A stretch of DNA of 64,000 nt, taken from positions 32,001-96,000 of IMG/VR virus record IMGVR_UViG_3300027754_000045; one strand, given 5' to 3'. Positions 60,601-64,000 of this stretch are shown here, in pieces. Both the position numbers and the translations under genes were made by a program. Under the pieces are notes generated by a model that worked only from the letters and a program-made list of their open reading frames with translations, had not been told where the DNA came from and ran no database searches. How positions within the stretch are numbered: position 1 is the first letter of the stretch; every line of letters begins with the position of its first letter. This DNA comes from a virus.

Positions 60601-63600
60601 AATTTCTGGCTTATGTGCAAGCCTAACTTATAATAAATTTGGCATTTTAAAAAATTTAAATTATTTTTATGGTGGACAGACCTCTGGTAGTGAAGGATCG
60701 GTTAATATGTCACGCCTATTGAGACTCAAAGAAGGAATAACTGGAGGAAAAAATGTAATCAAAAGACCGTATTCTTTTAATGATATTAAAACTTTTGGTT
60801 TAAGTGCAGGTCATACACTTTTTGGTAATATTAATAGTGATAAAACAGTAACTGCTGTAGCAATAGCATACAATAATCCAAACTCTTGGTCTCTAAAAAG
60901 AAATATGTTACTAAGTAGTTTAAGTCAAATTGATGAATGGCAATCTTATAGAGTTTTAAATTATTTAACACCTCTTGCTATTTCCTGGAGATTTCAAAAA
61001 GAAATCAGACAAAATAGTATAGGATTTTCAAATAATGTTTCACAAATATCTGAATCAGAACTTAACGCAGTAAATACAGATACTCTAAATCATCTTAAAA
61101 TATTATTAGACGAATATAAAGACCATTATCCGCTAGCAAGACCGAATAACGGAGTGAATAATACTCTAGGTAGTAACCAAACTTGGCGTGGAGAGGCAAC
61201 TAGTGGCTATCCTATGGGTCTGTGTGGTTCTTTTGGTGTTCGAACATCTCCATATCCGTTAGGAGCAACTCTTGATTTTATTCCTGCACTAGGAGTAAAC
61301 GGAACAACCTTAGATACTTGGTCTCCTCAAGGATGGACAGCAGATACAGGAATGTATTTATTTGACGGTTGGGGTATGAGATATATTTTAGAAAATATGA
61401 TATATTTGGACGGAGTAACATCAGTAATAGAACCAGTTACAACAACAACTCAACTTAAAGCAGATTCTTCGTGGAATAATATTCTTATAGAAGTAAAAAA
61501 ATTAATGCTTAAAGAAATTTTTGATTATGTGATACACACAGAAGAAGGAAGAGCCTGGTATGCTAAAAGAAAGTATTGGCCAGACGGTTCAGAGCGAGAC
61601 TCACTGATTTATGCAGACTCAAACCCAAATCGAATATGGACAGAACAAGCAACTGGTTTAACAGGAATTAAGTATTATTATAATCATTATTTTAATGGAA
61701 CTGGTTATTGGTATCCAGAACCAGATAATAAAGGATATGTAGGAACCAATCAAAATATTACTCCTATGGCATATCGTATGTTAGCCACAATGTATTTGTA
61801 TCCTTATATGACACTAGACAAAGAAAGAACTGCTCTTTTATCTGCGTATAATATGATGGCAGAAGAATGTGCTTCGGTGTTAGAACGATTTTTAATGGGA
61901 GTTACTTCTTCTCAAGAAAATAGTGCTGGATATTGGACGGAAGGTTGGGGATATGCTGCACAATCTATGCCAGATTTTTTGAAAATATTAACCTCTATGA
62001 AAACTATGGGAGACAGGAGACTATGGGACAAAAAGTCAACTCCAGACTATTTCAATAAAACAATACCAGGAATTTCTTATAGTTCTTGGACAAACAATAC
62101 TTGGAAATGGATCGTTAGTAGAATAATGCCAAATAATTTAATTATTAATTCTGGATCATGCAATAGTTCTGGATGGGAAACTATAGGCAACTCTTATCAA
62201 TTTACACCGTGGGGAGTGTATTTAACTGCTGTGAATGCAAGCGAAAGTCCTACTCCAGGAACCACGGGATCTGCAATTAGCGAACTTCATGATTGGTTTG
62301 ATAATAACGCAGGATACGAAGAAGAAATTGAATATTTTTACAATGTTAGAAAATATCAAGAACGTAATACATATAACGAAAAAATTAACACTCCTTGGTT
62401 TTACTCTCCAGGGGACTGTATAGTTACTTGGAAGTCGGAACACGTAATACCAAAATTTCAAAGTGATTGGACTTACGGAAATAATACAGAAAGACCTGAT
62501 GGTAAACCAGGATACGTTGTTAATAATTTTAATAAACCTTTAATTTTTGGTCTTTGGGCTAAGGGCGTAGGAGTTAGTGACGAAAAAACTAATGTTGATT
62601 GCGGTCACATTTCTGCTTATTTGGGCGACGCTGCATTACTAATAGAGACTGGTGAACCTAGACAGTTACTGGAATTTGATAATGATAAAACAAATAACTA
62701 TTTTTACGAAAGAGAAACTTTCAGGGTAAAAGGACATAATGTTATGCAATTGGGAGAAAGACTTGATTACAAGAATCCCAAATATGCTCCTTGGACTGGA
62801 GTAACATTTACCGCAACTGGTGGTAGTGCATTTTTAAATGCAACTTCAAATTATAATGTTAGACCATTAAAAATAAGTACTCCTCAACCATTGGGTGATA
62901 ATCGACCTAATCCAAAAGATGGAGGTTTTCCAACATGGGCAGAAAGTGATCCTGCCTGGGATAATGTATCTGACGGATTTTTATATCTTGCAGGAACAAC
63001 ACAAATAGCGAATACACGAGGAGGAGATACTGCACAATATTTGGCTCAATCCAGTAATATTCTTGGTGGATCAGAAACTATAGACGGAAGAGCTGGTCAA
63101 TACGTATTTGAGCCGTATCAATACCAAATAAAAACCTGCACAAGAGGTATTACCTGGGAATATTCTGCTGGTGTTGCAAAAATTAGAATTCAGGATATTG
63201 TGGGAATAAGTGCATTCAACAACAATCCATCGTTCTGGTCAGCAACTGGTCCGTATGCAACAGGACCAGACACAAGAGTATATTATCGTTTTCATACTGG
63301 ATATACTGGAGCAAACGATATAGCAGGAAATCCAAGTTCAACTAGTTGGCCATTCTTTACCACCACAGACGCAGGATTAACTTTCTTTTCAGTTTCTGGC
63401 ACAAACAACAAGACTTGGCAAGCAGCGTGGACACAACCAATACCGTATAATACAATGGCATATGATGGTGTTGTGAGCAGATTAGATTCTGTTGGTGTCA
63501 CAATGACCTTTGTTGGAAGTCAGCCAATTAAATTAACAAAAGAATTATCAGTAAATCATTCTTTTAAATATTCTTCAGTAACTAAACCAGGAATAGGAAT

Positions 63601-64000
63601 TACTGCTCCTAGTCGCCATTACGCAATTAATATTTTGTTAGGACTATCTGGTGGAGCGTTTCACGACGAGAAAAACCTTACTCTTAATACCACTATTGAT
63701 GCGGCAGTTAAAAAGAGAGATAACTTTACTATATTATTTCAAGAGGACGTTACAGTACAACAAGAAAATAAATTTAATGCACTAGGAGCAAAGAAATATT
63801 ACATAAACTCTAGAGGACTTTCTGCAGGTAGTTGGAATTTATCCCAATCAAACATAGATGCAGCTGTTGCATATTTAAAAGGAGATCTTAATGAACAAGG
63901 AAGTATGGTATTTGGTAGAGGCATAACTGCAACCAGTAAATCTTTTATATTTTTAGATTTTGAATCAACGTATGATCCTATGACTAAATCAGGAGGACCT
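57653..64000 (+). CDS. Giant protein (>=2116 aa, runs off the window): 10 IPT/TIG repeats + heparinase II/III-like domain + possible further glycosidase domain
   Basis: ATG overlaps the upstream TAA (TAATG). Repeat starts all fall in one frame, and 60301-64000 was translated by hand with no stop. Motifs: PTITSI.P.SG..AGGT...ITGTNL...V.VGG...VTA.TP.G...TPGG...AFTY, GYWTEGWGY, D.GH...LIETG, GHNV. Confidence 0.9.
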   Translation, partial: MKLKIRELLNKVLFFNKPQENITKLKIIEQVKFNTVSVNTDFFANDFFNFLPTITSIAPTSGLVAGGTSFTITGTNLTGTSSVTVGGVAATSVAVVSGTSVTAVTPAGTAGVKSVVLTTPGGTATASSAFTYIGVPTITTINPSTGVLAGGTPFTIGGTNLLNTSSVTVGGVAATSVTIVSSTSVTAVTPVGTAGVKNIVLTTPGGTVTFSSAFEYTDIAVFPTITIIAPISGVLAGGTTFGITGTNLSDTSSVTIGGVTATSLTNVSSVFVTARTPAGATIGLKNIALTTPIGTAISANAFTYIGLPTITSIAPTSGVLAGGTTFGITGTNLSNTSSVTVGGVTATSLTNVSDTSVTARTPAGVTTGLKNITLITPGGTTTAPNAFTYIGLPTITEITPNSGPVSTETTVNIDGTNLSGTSSVTVGGVAATNLNIFSPFSVGCDFPVGTIGAKNVVLTTPGGITTALNAFTYIGVPTITSISPTSGVVAGGTTITITGTNLSDTTIVTIDGVEVTSFTNVSSTSVTVVTPAGATIGAKNIVLTNFGGTVTAPNVFTYIGLPTITSIAPASGVLAGGTTLGITGTNLSGTSSVTVGGVTATSLTNVSSVFVTARTPTGAIIGVKNIVLTTPGGITTALNAFTYIGVPTITTINPNTGILAGGTSFTIAGTNLSNTSSVTVGGVAATNVTTLSGTSVTAVTPAGSAGLKNIVLTNPGGTVTASNAFEYTDITIIPTITSISPTSGVLAGGTTLGITGTNLSNTTSVKVDGVTATSLTNVSSVFVTAVTPAGATIGLKNITLNTTLGGVTSVNAFTYIGLPTITSIAPISGVLTGGTTFGITGTNLSDTSSVTVGGVTATSLTNVSSVFVTAVTPAGATTGAKNIVLTTPGGITTALNAFTYTDFNLDFARIQVLADTRISDLWVLDTTKAKPVGVVAGKFYAQSGIDRSQGGYTSAPNGRLTKWAQPLFYTPRSMADVIKGTTAISGLCASLTYNKFGILKNLNYFYGGQTSGSEGSVNMSRLLRLKEGITGGKNVIKRPYSFNDIKTFGLSAGHTLFGNINSDKTVTAVAIAYNNPNSWSLKRNMLLSSLSQIDEWQSYRVLNYLTPLAISWRFQKEIRQNSIGFSNNVSQISESELNAVNTDTLNHLKILLDEYKDHYPLARPNNGVNNTLGSNQTWRGEATSGYPMGLCGSFGVRTSPYPLGATLDFIPALGVNGTTLDTWSPQGWTADTGMYLFDGWGMRYILENMIYLDGVTSVIEPVTTTTQLKADSSWNNILIEVKKLMLKEIFDYVIHTEEGRAWYAKRKYWPDGSERDSLIYADSNPNRIWTEQATGLTGIKYYYNHYFNGTGYWYPEPDNKGYVGTNQNITPMAYRMLATMYLYPYMTLDKERTALLSAYNMMAEECASVLERFLMGVTSSQENSAGYWTEGWGYAAQSMPDFLKILTSMKTMGDRRLWDKKSTPDYFNKTIPGISYSSWTNNTWKWIVSRIMPNNLIINSGSCNSSGWETIGNSYQFTPWGVYLTAVNASESPTPGTTGSAISELHDWFDNNAGYEEEIEYFYNVRKYQERNTYNEKINTPWFYSPGDCIVTWKSEHVIPKFQSDWTYGNNTERPDGKPGYVVNNFNKPLIFGLWAKGVGVSDEKTNVDCGHISAYLGDAALLIETGEPRQLLEFDNDKTNNYFYERETFRVKGHNVMQLGERLDYKNPKYAPWTGVTFTATGGSAFLNATSNYNVRPLKISTPQPLGDNRPNPKDGGFPTWAESDPAWDNVSDGFLYLAGTTQIANTRGGDTAQYLAQSSNILGGSETIDGRAGQYVFEPYQYQIKTCTRGITWEYSAGVAKIRIQDIVGISAFNNNPSFWSATGPYATGPDTRVYYRFHTGYTGANDIAGNPSSTSWPFFTTTDAGLTFFSVSGTNNKTWQAAWTQPIPYNTMAYDGVVSRLDSVGVTMTFVGSQPIKLTKELSVNHSFKYSSVTKPGIGITAPSRHYAINILLGLSGGAFHDEKNLTLNTTIDAAVKKRDNFTILFQEDVTVQQENKFNALGAKKYYINSRGLSAGSWNLSQSNIDAAVAYLKGDLNEQGSMVFGRGITATSKSFIFLDFESTYDPMTKSGGP
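57806..60352 (+). repeat. Ten tandem ~252-261-bp repeats encoding IPT/TIG Ig-like domains
   Basis: Unit starts (cctacaataac) at 57806, 58058, 58319, 58574, 58829, 59081, 59336, 59591, 59852, 60107. Confidence 0.92.

Noticed and set aside
1-64000. Alternative genetic code (stop recoding)
   Set aside because: Core genes are full length under code 11 and abut one another.

Overview
A 64-kb, AT-rich, gene-dense segment of a large T4-like myovirus genome. Every credible gene is on the + strand and uses the standard code. Order: baseplate (hub C-terminus, gp25, gp6, gp7-like, gp8), tail-fibre/appendage genes including four Cys-rich ones (three with collagen-like N-termini), neck/packaging/tail/head core (gp13-gp23, gp3), uvsY-uvsW, gp55-gp47-gp46, RNase H, gp45-gp44-gp62-regA. 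Where T4 has gp43, there is instead a ~15-kb glycan biosynthesis/glycosyltransferase island ending in a GT2-TPR protein. After a small structural gene comes a giant ORF missing from the supplied track (57653..>64000, >=2116 aa, hand-translated). It has 10 IPT/TIG repeats, a heparinase II/III-like lyase fold with altered His motif, and the start of a further possible glycosidase domain. Main hypothesis: a phage-encoded virion glycosylation system. A G-x-T(S/C) tripeptide is strongly over-represented in virion proteins (including the capsid's variable loop) and essentially absent from replication proteins, so it is a candidate glycosylation sequon. All family assignments come from motif recognition, not database searches. 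No tRNA, rRNA, CRISPR or IS elements were seen.
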